From NCBI GenBank assembly GCA_964486995.1, contig CAZAOV010000005.1:13903-70545 (forward strand): a DNA stretch of 56,643 nt, in the 5' to 3' direction. Below the pieces are notes generated by a model, which was not told where the DNA came from, ran no database searches, and saw only the letters and a list, made by a program, of their open reading frames with translations. This DNA is from an uncultured Gammaproteobacteria bacterium. GTDB taxonomy: Bacteria > Patescibacteriota > Patescibacteriia > SG8-24. Position 1 is the stretch's first letter. Each line of letters starts with the position of its first letter. The position numbers and the translations under genes are program-made. Of this stretch, positions 44,232 through 54,446 are shown in pieces.

Positions 44232-45302
44232 ATGTTCAATAGCTTTTGGGGAAAATTTTCAAAAGATTTGGGTATTGATCTGGGTACGGCCAATACCCTG
44301 GTTTACTGCAAGGATAAGGGCATCGTGGTTAACGAACCGTCCGTAGTGGCGCTGAATTCTCGCACCGGACAAATTGTGGCGGTCGGACGTTCAGCTAAGG
44401 ACATGATTGGCAAGACTCCGGCTCACATTAGCACGGTTCGCCCGTTAGTTTCCGGCGTTATCTCTGACTTCGAGGTCACGGAGAAAATGCTCAAATTTTT
44501 TATCGAACGGATCCATAAGGACGGATTTGCGCTACTGCCTCGTCCACGTGTTGTTGTTGGTGTGCCGCTTGATTTGACTGAAGTTGAACGCAAAGCTGTT
44601 GAAGATGCGGCACTTAACGCTGGTGCGCGAGAGGTTTATTTGGTCGAAGAGCCTATGGCCTCGGCAATCGGTGCACGACTGCCCATAACTGAGCCAGTCG
44701 GAAATATGGTGGTGGATATCGGTGGTGGCACTACAGAAATTGCCGTAATCTCGCTCGGTGGTGTTGTTACCTGGAAATCGCTTCGTGTCGCCGGAGATGA
44801 AATGAATAAGAATATCGTCGGTTATGCGCGTGAGAACTTTAATCTTCTGCTCGGCGTGCGCGTAGCTGAAAACATTAAGATGCGCATAGGCACGGCCATG
44901 GAAACAGAAGAATCTTTAGAGATGGAAATGCGTGGTCGAGACATGATTACCGGGCTGCCAAAAGAAATCATGGTAAACGATGCGCAGATTCGTCAGTCGC
45001 TTTCTCGGTCCGTGCGAACCATCGTTGAGAGCATCAAAGCAGCGCTTGAGGTCACTCCGCCAGAATTGGTGGCGGATATTTACGAGCGAGGTATCGTATT
45101 GACCGGCGGCGGTGCGCTACTAAAAGGAATTGATACTGTAATTTCGAACGCGGCCGAAATTCCGGTGCGCATCACTGACGATCCATTAACCTGTGTAGTG
45201 CGAGGAACCGGCTATCTGCTAGATGATACCAATCTGCTTCAGACTGTTGCGTTACCATCGTCGCAAGAAAAAGCCAGAGATACGGTCGGTGCATTTAGCT
45301 AA
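44232..45302 (+). CDS. mreB: Rod-shape determining actin homolog MreB
   Basis: LGIDLGTANTLVY, VVDIGGGTTEIAV and LTGGGALLKG are actin-fold motifs. Confidence 0.97.
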   Translation: MFNSFWGKFSKDLGIDLGTANTLVYCKDKGIVVNEPSVVALNSRTGQIVAVGRSAKDMIGKTPAHISTVRPLVSGVISDFEVTEKMLKFFIERIHKDGFALLPRPRVVVGVPLDLTEVERKAVEDAALNAGAREVYLVEEPMASAIGARLPITEPVGNMVVDIGGGTTEIAVISLGGVVTWKSLRVAGDEMNKNIVGYARENFNLLLGVRVAENIKMRIGTAMETEESLEMEMRGRDMITGLPKEIMVNDAQIRQSLSRSVRTIVESIKAALEVTPPELVADIYERGIVLTGGGALLKGIDTVISNAAEIPVRITDDPLTCVVRGTGYLLDDTNLLQTVALPSSQEKARDTVGAFS

Positions 45303-45311
45303 TATTTATTT

Positions 45312-45386
45312 AGTTCGGGAGTGCGGAAGTTCGGGAGTGCGGGAGCATTGAATCTCCTGATCTCCTGATCTCCTGAACTCCCGCAT
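45312..45386. repeat. Composite repeat hairpin in the mreB-mreC spacer
   Basis: agttcgggagtgcgg x2 (45312-45326, 45328-45342), then tctcctga x3 (45353-45376), then actcccgca followed by ttttt. The left (gggag) and right (ctcct/ctccc) arms are complementary. Confidence 0.85.
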
Positions 45387-45394
45387 TTTTGTTT

Positions 45395-46201
45395 ATGCGA
45401 GCATTTCGACCTCAACAAATTACGATTATTGCCGCGGTGTTTGCGGCTTTGCTGATTTTGCTGCATTTAGCGGGTGTTTTGTCATGGGTGTCTCAAATGG
45501 TTGCCTCGGCTACATATCGTCTGGCCGCACCATTACACCGAATTGGTGCGGGCATGGCCTTAGCCGGAGAGGATGGTGAGTGTGCCTGTGCGGCGGATTT
45601 AAATGCCGAACTGGAACAGGTGATTATCGACAACTCCAAATTACGTACTTTGGCCGCAGAGAACGCCGCGCTAAAAACGGCCTTAGACTTCCAGGAACGC
45701 GAGTCTGACAAGCCGATTCTGGCTAGAGTCGTAGCAAAGTCGTCAGACATCACCAATCGCGGCTTGGTTATAGACAGAGGTCAAGGTGACGGCATCGAAC
45801 CGGGTCAGCCTGTAGTGGTGGATGATGGATTGCTGATTGGCAAGATTAAAACAGTTCGCCGTAAATCCTCGACGGTTTTACTGCTTACGGATTCTTTAAG
45901 CCGTTTGGCGGTGTCGTTGCAGGGCGGTAGCGGAACGACCGGTTTACTGGAAGGTGATCGAGGACTCAGCATGGTAATCTCGCTCATACCGCAGAATGAA
46001 GTGGTGAACGTTGGTGATGTGGTGGTTACTTCTGGTTTGGAGCCGGGCGTGCGTCGAGGCTTGATAGTTGGTGTCGTGGAGACAGTTCATAAAGATGACC
46101 AAGAGCCGTTTCAAACCGCTACCGTGTCTCCATTAGGTCACGCTGAACATCCAGTCTTTGTTCAGGTGCTAACATCTCACGACGGCGGCTATGCGCAATG
46201 A
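45395..46201 (+). CDS. mreC: Rod-shape determining protein MreC
   Basis: TM anchor, coiled-coil (LRTLAAENAALKTAL), then beta domain VVVDDGLLIGKI...VVTSGL. Confidence 0.9.
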   Translation: MRAFRPQQITIIAAVFAALLILLHLAGVLSWVSQMVASATYRLAAPLHRIGAGMALAGEDGECACAADLNAELEQVIIDNSKLRTLAAENAALKTALDFQERESDKPILARVVAKSSDITNRGLVIDRGQGDGIEPGQPVVVDDGLLIGKIKTVRRKSSTVLLLTDSLSRLAVSLQGGSGTTGLLEGDRGLSMVISLIPQNEVVNVGDVVVTSGLEPGVRRGLIVGVVETVHKDDQEPFQTATVSPLGHAEHPVFVQVLTSHDGGYAQ

Positions 46202-46715
46202 TGTAGCTACATATTCACTAGTTGCATTTTTAGCGTTGGTTCAGGCGGCGCTAATTTCAGCTTGGCCTCTCACCGTGTCATTGTTGTGTCTGCCGCTAAT
46301 CATGGTTTCTGCCCTAGCGTTAAACCTGAAACCGAAGACAGCCGCAATAACTGCGGTGATTTCCGGGCTGATTCTGGATTTGCTTTCCCCAACGTTTTTC
46401 GGTCTGCATGTCATAGCGGCATTATTATCGGTCAGCATCACATCCATATTGTTATTTCGCGTTTTGACGCATCACACAGTTAGAGCGGTTGCCGGTGTAA
46501 ATGCGGCGGTTTTCCTGCTGTACCATCTTCTGTTGTTTCTGCTCAACAGTTCGTTGAGAGCCCTGACTGCCGGTTCGCTAGTTCATCCCGCTTCGGGTCG
46601 CGCCTTGATGCTGGTGCTTATGGCCATGCCAATTCAAGTGGCCATCGCCGTGGCAGCCTCCTTGTTATTGCGCGGCTTCCGCGGATACACCAGCCGGTTC
46701 ATACTCGTGAAATAA
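46191..46715 (+). CDS. mreD: Rod-shape determining protein MreD-like membrane protein
   Basis: Polytopic membrane protein that overlaps the mreC stop by 11 nt, in the conserved mreBCD position. Confidence 0.75.
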   Translation: MRNDVATYSLVAFLALVQAALISAWPLTVSLLCLPLIMVSALALNLKPKTAAITAVISGLILDLLSPTFFGLHVIAALLSVSITSILLFRVLTHHTVRAVAGVNAAVFLLYHLLLFLLNSSLRALTAGSLVHPASGRALMLVLMAMPIQVAIAVAASLLLRGFRGYTSRFILVK

Positions 46716-46718
46716 TTC

Positions 46719-48701
46719 ATGATTCATATTCCAGGCGACAATTCGGATGATTCATCATTTTTTCCTTTGGGTGAGGTAGGTGAATCTATCGGCGGCACAA
46801 ATCAGGACGATGCGCCGGTTTTTGTGGATGACACGATGGCCGACTGGGGCGGTAAGCAAATCGATGACAACCACAAAAATCGTCGTATCGGCACTTCGGT
46901 AAAGAACCGAACTCTACAAATTGCTTTTCTGATTATGGTGCTCGGTTTGATTGCGGTGGCGGCGCGTGCCGCACATATTCAAGTTATCGAGGGGCGGTAC
47001 TATGCCGAGTTAGCCGAGGGAAACAGGAGTCGTATCGAATGGGTGCCTACAGAGCGTGGGGTGATGTTTGACCGAAATGGCAATCCGGTGGTCGGAAATG
47101 CTCCGCGTTTTACGGTTACCGTAACGCCGGCCGACCTGCCGCGTGATCCGGCGGAACGCCGTCTGGCCATTGGCCGGATATCGGAAATGCTCAGCATGAA
47201 TCCGCGAGACATCGAGGATCATCTGGCGACCTATAGCCAGACTTCTACGGTTGCAGTGCCTGTGGCGGAGAACGTTTCGCATGAGCAGGCCGTATTGACG
47301 GATATAGCGTCTATAAGATGGCCGGCCATTCAATTGGTCAAGGGTATCCGGCGCGAATATTATTTGACCGAGACCTCCAGATCCATGTCACACATTTTAG
47401 GCTTTGAAGGAAGTGTCAGCGAGGAAGATTTGGAGAATTCCGACTATTTGCCCACAGACCTGATCGGCCGCACTGGCTTGGAGCGCTCCTATGAAAGCGT
47501 GTTGCGGGGAACGCATGGTCGTCGTCGTATCGAAGTAGACGCACTGGGTAGTCGCAAGACCGTTATCGCAGAGGAGTCGGGTGTGCCGGGCAAGAATCTG
47601 ATTCTATGCATCGATTCTGAACTGCAGGAAAAAGCGGAAGAGGTGCTTTTAGGCGCGTTGGAAAAGCTCGATAAAAATCGGGGCAGCGTGGTCATCATGG
47701 ATCCAAATACCGGTGAGGTTCTGGCCATGGTGAGCTTGCCATCATTTGACAATAATCTTTTTGCGCGCGGAATATCGACCGAGGAATACCAGGCAATGGC
47801 TGAAGATGAGAACAATCCGCTATTTCCACGGGCTATAGGGGCGTCGCTGCCGTCTGGTTCGACATTCAAGCTGGTGGTTGCGGCAGCGGCCTTGTCCGAG
47901 GGTATTGTCACGCCGCGAACCACCTTTCTTTCCAGTGGCGGCATAGCAGTCGGTCGCTGGTTTTTCCCGGATTGGAAAGCCGGTGGGCACGGACTGACCA
48001 ATCTATACAAGGCGATTTCTGAGTCGGTAAACACGTATTTCTATATTATTGGTGGTGGCTATGAGGAACACGACGGTCTGGGAATGACTAAAATAATCGA
48101 ATACGCTAGGCGTTTTGGCCTAGGGGCCACTAACGGAATAGACCTGCCTGGCGAAGGCGGAGGTTTCCTGCCGTCAAAAGAATGGAAGCTCGAAACTAAG
48201 GGGGAGCGCTGGTATGATGGTGACACTTATCATCTCGCAATTGGACAGGGCGACATCTTAGTCACACCATTGCAAATTGCCACTATGACCGCGGCATTCG
48301 CCAATGGCGGCAAGTTAATTCAGCCACATGTAGTTAATGCCGTGATTACTCAAAATGGCGAGCGAATAGATATGCCAGTGAATGTGATTAATGATTCTGT
48401 CGTGGATTCAGAATATATTCATCATGTACGGCAAGGCATGCGCGATTCGGTGCTTTACGGCAGTTCACGTTCCCTATCCTTACTGCCTGTATCTGCGGCC
48501 GGAAAAACCGGCACCGCGCAATGGAGCAGTACCAAAGACACTCACGCTTGGTTCACCTCTTTTGCGCCGTTTGAAGAGCCAGAGATTGTCGTCACCGTTT
48601 CTATTGAAGAGGGCGGCGAGGGTTCAGTGGCCGCAGCTCCGGTCGCACGCGATATTATGGCGTGGTATTTTGGTGAAGATGAGGGTAGCGAACAGCCTTG
48701 A
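46719..48701 (+). CDS. mrdA: Penicillin-binding protein 2 (elongasome transpeptidase)
   Basis: SGSTFK active-site motif and KTGTAQ. PBP dimerisation domain. Located downstream of mreBCD. Confidence 0.95.
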   Translation: MIHIPGDNSDDSSFFPLGEVGESIGGTNQDDAPVFVDDTMADWGGKQIDDNHKNRRIGTSVKNRTLQIAFLIMVLGLIAVAARAAHIQVIEGRYYAELAEGNRSRIEWVPTERGVMFDRNGNPVVGNAPRFTVTVTPADLPRDPAERRLAIGRISEMLSMNPRDIEDHLATYSQTSTVAVPVAENVSHEQAVLTDIASIRWPAIQLVKGIRREYYLTETSRSMSHILGFEGSVSEEDLENSDYLPTDLIGRTGLERSYESVLRGTHGRRRIEVDALGSRKTVIAEESGVPGKNLILCIDSELQEKAEEVLLGALEKLDKNRGSVVIMDPNTGEVLAMVSLPSFDNNLFARGISTEEYQAMAEDENNPLFPRAIGASLPSGSTFKLVVAAAALSEGIVTPRTTFLSSGGIAVGRWFFPDWKAGGHGLTNLYKAISESVNTYFYIIGGGYEEHDGLGMTKIIEYARRFGLGATNGIDLPGEGGGFLPSKEWKLETKGERWYDGDTYHLAIGQGDILVTPLQIATMTAAFANGGKLIQPHVVNAVITQNGERIDMPVNVINDSVVDSEYIHHVRQGMRDSVLYGSSRSLSLLPVSAAGKTGTAQWSSTKDTHAWFTSFAPFEEPEIVVTVSIEEGGEGSVAAAPVARDIMAWYFGEDEGSEQP

Positions 48702-48755
48702 CGGCGAGCTTTTTAGAGCATATGCTAATTGTTGTTCAAATTTGACCCAATCCAT

Positions 48756-49217
48756 ATGGAATTGAAGCCGGTATATGTTAGCAAGGAAGGCCTGCAGAAG
48801 TTGCGGGATGAGTTAGAATACCTCGAAGGCACCGAGAAAAAGAAATTTGCCGACCGTATCGAAAAAGCCAAGGAAATGGGCGACCTGAAGGAAAACGCCG
48901 AATATCATGACGCTAAAGAGCAAATGGGTTGGCTCATGGGTCGAGTGACTGTTCTAAAGGACCAAATAGCCAGGGCGGAGATTGTCGAAAAGACTAATGA
49001 TGATAAGGTGGGTATTGGGTCGACAGTCAAGTTGACGTTCAGGGACAAAGAAAAGACGCTAACCGTTGTCGGAGCCACTGAAGCCGACCCGTCGCAAGGA
49101 TTAATTTCAAACGAATCACCGCTGGGTCAAGCGCTCATCGGCAAAAAAGCAGGTGACCAGACCGAAGTGGAAGCCCCGGCTGGCACCATCACCTACACTA
49201 TTCTAGAGATTAAATAA
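48756..49217 (+). CDS. greA: Transcription elongation factor GreA
   Basis: [14 protein letters not shown] coiled-coil tip motif and a C-terminal FKBP-like domain. The start is set at MELKPV. Confidence 0.95.
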   Translation: MELKPVYVSKEGLQKLRDELEYLEGTEKKKFADRIEKAKEMGDLKENAEYHDAKEQMGWLMGRVTVLKDQIARAEIVEKTNDDKVGIGSTVKLTFRDKEKTLTVVGATEADPSQGLISNESPLGQALIGKKAGDQTEVEAPAGTITYTILEIK

Positions 49218-49218
49218 T

Positions 49219-50721
49219 ATGTCAGAAGCCCCAATAGAAGAATCCGCCGTCAGGCTAGAAAAACTAAATCGACTGATAGAACAGGGAATTAATCCGTTTC
49301 CGTCCGAATCAGCCAGGACACATACCATAGAAAAGGTGCTGACGCTTTTTTCTGATTTGGCAGAATCGGGCGAAAAAGTGACCGTTGCCGGTCGGATACG
49401 CGCGATACGTGGGCATGGCGGCGCGAGCTTTGTTGATATCGAAGACGGCACTGGGAAAATTCAGGCGCACCTGAAAATGGATGTCTTGGGTGCAAACGCA
49501 TACGAGATGTTTGAGCAGAATATTGACCATGGTGATTTCATGCAGGTGACTGGAACCGCGTTCGTCACCAAAAGGGGTGAGCGCAGTTTGGCGTCTAAAG
49601 AAATACGCCTGCTTACTAAGGCCTTACGCCCCTTGCCCGCTAAGTATCACGGCCTTGCGGATACAGAAGTGAGATATCGAAAGCGCTACCTTGATCTGAT
49701 TGCTAACCCGGAAGTTCAGCTGAAGTTCATGAAGCGCAGCTTGATTGTCAAAATCATCCGTGAGTTTTTTCACGAGGAGGGTTTTATGGAAGTGGAAACG
49801 CCGATACTTCAGCCGATAGCCGGTGGAGCTACAGCACGACCGTTCATCACCCACCACAACGCCTTGGATATTGATTTATATCTGCGTATCGCGCCGGAGC
49901 TGTACCTAAAGCGGTTGGTTGTGGGCGGTTTCGAGAGAGTGTTCGAGATCGCACGCTGCTTTCGCAATGAAGGAATTGACCATCTGCATAATCCGGAGTT
50001 CACGCAGGTTGAGTTTTATCAGGCGTATGCGGACTACAACGATCTTATGGATTTGACCGAACGGCTACTGCCTCGTATCGCCAAGGCGGTGAACGGCTCG
50101 CTGGAGGTGGAATATGATGGCGACAAGATTGATTTTACCGGACCGTATCCGCGGTTGGATTTTAGGCAGGCCATTATCGATAACGGCGGTCCGGACATCG
50201 GTGCATTTGAAGACCGATCGTCCTTGGCCGATGCCGCTCGTGAAGCTGGGGTGGAAGTTGAGGATTCAGACGGGCGTGGTGACATTATGGACAACATATA
50301 CAAGAAGTTCGTTCGTGTGAATATTGTTAATCCGACCTTCATCATTAATCATCCAGTCGAGTTGTCGCCGTTAGCCAAGAAAATTCCGGGTAACGATAAG
50401 TATGTAGAGCGATTTCAGCTGGTGTTGGGTCGTGGCAATGAGCTCTGTAACGCGTTTTCAGAGTTGAACGATCCGATTGACCAGAAACAACGCTTCGCCG
50501 AACAGGAGAAGCTACGAGAGAGCGGGAACGAGGAAGCACAGCGGATGGACACCGATTACATCGAAGCGCTGGAAATTGGCTTGCCGCCAACCGCCGGATT
50601 TGGTATGGGAATTGATCGATTAGCGGCCATTCTGACTGGCTCCCATAGTCTCAAAGAAGTTATTCTTTTCCCGACAATGCGCTCCCCACAAGAGAGCGAG
50701 GAAGAAAGCGCTCTGAAATAG
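49219..50721 (+). CDS. lysS: Lysyl-tRNA synthetase, class II
   Basis: OB-fold N-domain and class II motifs (FRNEGID..., [15 protein letters not shown]). Confidence 0.97.
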   Translation: MSEAPIEESAVRLEKLNRLIEQGINPFPSESARTHTIEKVLTLFSDLAESGEKVTVAGRIRAIRGHGGASFVDIEDGTGKIQAHLKMDVLGANAYEMFEQNIDHGDFMQVTGTAFVTKRGERSLASKEIRLLTKALRPLPAKYHGLADTEVRYRKRYLDLIANPEVQLKFMKRSLIVKIIREFFHEEGFMEVETPILQPIAGGATARPFITHHNALDIDLYLRIAPELYLKRLVVGGFERVFEIARCFRNEGIDHLHNPEFTQVEFYQAYADYNDLMDLTERLLPRIAKAVNGSLEVEYDGDKIDFTGPYPRLDFRQAIIDNGGPDIGAFEDRSSLADAAREAGVEVEDSDGRGDIMDNIYKKFVRVNIVNPTFIINHPVELSPLAKKIPGNDKYVERFQLVLGRGNELCNAFSELNDPIDQKQRFAEQEKLRESGNEEAQRMDTDYIEALEIGLPPTAGFGMGIDRLAAILTGSHSLKEVILFPTMRSPQESEEESALK

Positions 50722-50722
50722 C

Positions 50723-51319
50723 ATGAGCCAGATTTTAATCGGTACGTACAATCCAGGAAAGGCCACAGAGATGGCGGCGTTACTTAATGCCGCTGGGTTC
50801 AAGACGGTGAGCTTAGCCGACTTGGGTTTGGAGGATATCGAAGAGACTGGTGCGACCTTTAAAGAAAACGCCGTGCTCAAGGCCGTTCATTACGCCAAGC
50901 AGACAGGCCTCGTTACTGTCGCTGATGACAGTGGTTTGGAGATCGATGCGTTGGGTGGTGCTCCGGGCATCAAATCCAAGCGCTGGATTGGTGAGAATGC
51001 TACCTGGGAAGATTTGGCCCTGGCAGTAATCGAACGGATGAAAGATGTGCCCGTGGGACAGCGGTCTGCAAGATTACGAACTGTCATGTCCGTAGCAACA
51101 GCCGACGGACAAGTCAAAACTGCAGAGGCTACCATCGAGGGAGAAATTCCGGAAGCGCTGGACAAGTCACTCATCCAGGAAGGCTATCCTTATCGTGCCC
51201 TCCTGCACGTGACTCAGTTCAATAAATTATACGCAGAATTGACCCATGAAGAACATGAGCAAGTCAATCAACGACGAAAGGCTCTCAACGAGCTCTTGCC
51301 AGCACTCCACTCCGACTAG
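50723..51319 (+). CDS. rdgB: Non-canonical purine NTP pyrophosphatase (RdgB/HAM1)
   Basis: IGTYNPGKATEM..., VADDSGLEIDALGGAPG are the family motifs. Confidence 0.9.
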   Translation: MSQILIGTYNPGKATEMAALLNAAGFKTVSLADLGLEDIEETGATFKENAVLKAVHYAKQTGLVTVADDSGLEIDALGGAPGIKSKRWIGENATWEDLALAVIERMKDVPVGQRSARLRTVMSVATADGQVKTAEATIEGEIPEALDKSLIQEGYPYRALLHVTQFNKLYAELTHEEHEQVNQRRKALNELLPALHSD

Positions 51320-51749
51320 GAGATTCAGTAAAATTCCGAACACCGTCTTGGTGTTCGGCGTTTTTGATTTGTTGCATCCCGGGCATCATTATTTTTTATC
51401 GGCGGCAAAAGAGCACGGTGAAAGACTGGTGGTAGTGGTGACGCGCGACGATCGGGCTGAACACGAGAAGGGAAGACGTCCCATCAATAATCTCGTTACT
51501 CGAATCGGTACGCTAATGGCCTTGCCGTTTGTAGATGGGGCAATGGCTGGAGATAAAATCGGCGAATGGGGTACGGTAAGAAAAATCCAGCCAGACGTGA
51601 TTTGTATTGGCCATGACCAACGAGCCGACCATCCAAAGTTTTTAGCACAGCTCGAAGACCTGAATCCCGTACCGCGCATTGTACAGCTTGCTGCACACGA
51701 CAGAGATAAGTATTCAACTACGCGCCTGCGAAGTGAATTGCTTGGCTAG
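51246..51749 (+). CDS. Cytidylyltransferase-like nucleotidyltransferase (FAD synthetase RibL / TagD-like)
   Basis: VLVFGVFDLLHPGHHYFL carries the HxGH motif. The start is ambiguous: ATG 51246 overlaps rdgB by 74 nt, and the alternatives after AGGAGA (51318-51323) are non-ATG. Confidence 0.75.
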   Translation: MKNMSKSINDERLSTSSCQHSTPTRRFSKIPNTVLVFGVFDLLHPGHHYFLSAAKEHGERLVVVVTRDDRAEHEKGRRPINNLVTRIGTLMALPFVDGAMAGDKIGEWGTVRKIQPDVICIGHDQRADHPKFLAQLEDLNPVPRIVQLAAHDRDKYSTTRLRSELLG

Positions 51750-51972
51750 GAATATAAGGGTATAGGAGAAGAATGACGGCAGGGCTTGCTGATTGCGTAT
51801 TAGTACCCTTAGCTCTCCTACCCCTATCCGCTTCCGCCTCTCTACTCTTCCACCTCTGGTAGGAGTTTTTTTGCTTATTTGAGCAAAAAAATAATTCACA
51901 ATGACCGTGACCGCCAGCTTGCGGCTAGGCAGTCAAAATGGCATTATTAAACACGATAACAATAAGAAACCT

Positions 51973-53286
51973 ATGTTGGATATAAAGTACATTCGCGAAA
52001 ATGTTGATCAGGTCAAAGAGGCCGTCAAAAATAAGAATAAGGACGTCGATGTTGACCGGCTGATTGAATTGGACAGCCAACGGCGTCAGTTGATAGCCGA
52101 AGTCGAAAATCAACGAGCTCAGCAAAATAAGGTAGGGGAGACTATTGCCAAAGAAAAAGACGGCGATACAAAGGCTAAGGCAATCGAGGAAATGCGCGAG
52201 CTCAAAGAATCGCTAAAAGCATCTGAAGCCAAGATGGAAGAGGTGATGAACGAATACAACGAACTGATGGACGCACTGCCGAATGTTCCGTTCGAAGACG
52301 TTCCGATCGGTAAGGATGAATCAGAAAACGTAGTGCGGAAACAGGTGGGTGAAAAGCCTAAATTTGATTTCGAGCCAAAAGATCACCTGGATTTGGGTGA
52401 AGCACTGGGAATCATCGACACAAAAACTTCAGCCGAGGTAACCGGCAGTCGTTTTGTTTACCTAAAAGGTGACTTAGTGTTGATGCAATACGCACTACAG
52501 CAGTATGTGATGTCCGTACTGACCAACCGAGACACCTTGCGCGGAATAATCGACGACGCTGGGGTTGATGTGCCGGATACACCATTCACCCCAGTCATTC
52601 CGCCGCTCATGATTCGCCCGGAAACCTTTGCGCGCATGGCACGTCTGGAACCCAAAGAAGAGCGCTATCATATAGCGTCGGATGACTTGTACTTGATCGG
52701 TAGCGCCGAACACACGCTCGGACCGCTTCATATGGACGAATTATTGCGCGAAAAAGATTTGCCTCTGCGCTATGTGGCACTAACCGCAGCGTTTCGACGC
52801 GAGGCCGGCTCATATGGTCAGGACATCCGCGGCATCATCCGCCAGCATCAGTTCGACAAAATTGAGATGGAATCTTTCACGCTGCCGGAAAAGTCCCGCG
52901 ACGAGCAGGATTTCATTGTGACGATTCAGGAGCATATATTGCAGGGTTTAAATATTCCGTACCAAGTGATCGACATTTGCACCGGAGATATGGGTACGCC
53001 AGACGCACGTCAGATAGACATGGAGTGTTGGATGCCGGGTCAACAGGCTTACCGTGAAACTCACACGTCTGATTTGATGACCGACTATCAGGCGCGGCGT
53101 TTGAATACTCGTGTCAAGAGAAATTCAGGCGACAATGAATTCGTGCACATGAACGACGCCACTGCGCTCGCTATGGGACGCATCATAGTCGCCATCCTTG
53201 AAAATTTTCAACGCGAGGACGGTACCGTAGAGGTGCCAGAGGTTTTGCATCCGTATATGCACGGAAAAACATTGCTAAAGCAGTAA
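51973..53286 (+). CDS. serS: Seryl-tRNA synthetase
   Basis: MLDIKYIREN, a coiled-coil arm and class II motifs (FRREAGS..., TSDLMTDYQARR). Confidence 0.97.
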   Translation: MLDIKYIRENVDQVKEAVKNKNKDVDVDRLIELDSQRRQLIAEVENQRAQQNKVGETIAKEKDGDTKAKAIEEMRELKESLKASEAKMEEVMNEYNELMDALPNVPFEDVPIGKDESENVVRKQVGEKPKFDFEPKDHLDLGEALGIIDTKTSAEVTGSRFVYLKGDLVLMQYALQQYVMSVLTNRDTLRGIIDDAGVDVPDTPFTPVIPPLMIRPETFARMARLEPKEERYHIASDDLYLIGSAEHTLGPLHMDELLREKDLPLRYVALTAAFRREAGSYGQDIRGIIRQHQFDKIEMESFTLPEKSRDEQDFIVTIQEHILQGLNIPYQVIDICTGDMGTPDARQIDMECWMPGQQAYRETHTSDLMTDYQARRLNTRVKRNSGDNEFVHMNDATALAMGRIIVAILENFQREDGTVEVPEVLHPYMHGKTLLKQ

Positions 53287-53299
53287 TTATTTATTAGTG

Positions 53300-54445
53300 A
53301 TGGATTCTGCAGCTAAAACTTGGGTCGAAGTATCAAAATCTGCGCTTGTCTCTAACGTGCGCGAGATTCGTTCTGTATTGAAACCGGACGTGCTGTTTAT
53401 GGCCGTGGTGAAATCCAACGCGTACGGACATGGGTTGGAGCAGGTCGTGGAGGCGGTTTGTGATGAGGTTGATTGGTTTGGGGTGGATTCTCTGCTGGAA
53501 GCCGAGAGGATGCAGGATGCAGGATGCAGGATGCAGGGAATTATCGTGTTAGGTCACACGCCGCACGAAGCACATGGCAGAATCGTTGCCGGGAATTATC
53601 GGCAGGCTGTTTATGACCGAGCCGCGGTGGAATCATTGGCGGTGGCAGCGAAGAGTGCTGGAAAGGTGGCTAAAGTTCATCTTAAGATAGAAACCGGAAC
53701 TTCGCGTCAGGGAATGCTGATGGATGATCTGCCCGAGTTTATTGAATGGATTAAAACTGTTTCAGGCGTTGAGCTTGAGGGCGTATACACTCACTTCGCC
53801 AATATCGAGGACACGAGCGATGAGACTTATGCAATGTCCCAACTCAATCAGTTTAAAAAGGCGGTTGAGATGGTTCGTTCTGCTGGGGTGAATCCACGCA
53901 TATTGCATACTGCATGCAGCGCGGCTGTCATGCTCCATCCAGATACGCATTTTGATTTGGTTCGCGTGGGAATCTCTCTGTACGGCTTGTGGTCATCGGA
54001 TGTAACACGAGAGAACGTTAAACTAAGGGGTGATCAGGTTAAGTTGACCCCAGCAATCACGTGGAAAACTCGCATTGCCCAGGTTAAACTCCTGCCGGCC
54101 GGTACACCGATAAGCTATGGCCTGACCGAGAAGGTTTCGCGTGATTCATGTGTGGCGGTAATTCCGGTTGGCTACTGGGATGGCTATGATCGCAAGCTGT
54201 CGTCAGTCGGTACCGTTTTGGTGCGCGGCCATCGAGCCAAAATTTTGGGACGAATCTGCATGAACATGTTCGTGGTCGATGTCACGGATATACCAGATGC
54301 CTTAGCCGGTGACGAAGTGGTGCTTCTGGGCCGTCAAGGCGATGAGCAGGTTACTGCCGAGGAAATAGCCGGAAAAATTGGAACCATCAATTACGAAGTG
54401 GTAACCAGAATCAATCCGATGTTGCCCAGAATCATCGTGGATTAA
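53300..54445 (+). CDS. alr: Alanine racemase
   Basis: PLP-lysine motif AVVKSNAYGHG and the C-terminal beta domain. Confidence 0.95.
   Translation: MDSAAKTWVEVSKSALVSNVREIRSVLKPDVLFMAVVKSNAYGHGLEQVVEAVCDEVDWFGVDSLLEAERMQDAGCRMQGIIVLGHTPHEAHGRIVAGNYRQAVYDRAAVESLAVAAKSAGKVAKVHLKIETGTSRQGMLMDDLPEFIEWIKTVSGVELEGVYTHFANIEDTSDETYAMSQLNQFKKAVEMVRSAGVNPRILHTACSAAVMLHPDTHFDLVRVGISLYGLWSSDVTRENVKLRGDQVKLTPAITWKTRIAQVKLLPAGTPISYGLTEKVSRDSCVAVIPVGYWDGYDRKLSSVGTVLVRGHRAKILGRICMNMFVVDVTDIPDALAGDEVVLLGRQGDEQVTAEEIAGKIGTINYEVVTRINPMLPRIIVD
53507..53537 (+). repeat. Heptamer aggatgc x4 (plus 3 nt) inside the alr CDS
   Basis: Perfect tandem copies encoding RMQDAGCRMQG. The unit length is not a multiple of 3. 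Confidence 0.95.
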
Positions 54446-54446
54446 T

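Noticed and set aside
51750-51972. A T-box leader upstream of serS
   Set aside because: I saw no T-box consensus (AAnnnGGGUGGUACCGCG) or specifier-loop architecture. Only generic hairpins and an A/T-run palindrome are present.
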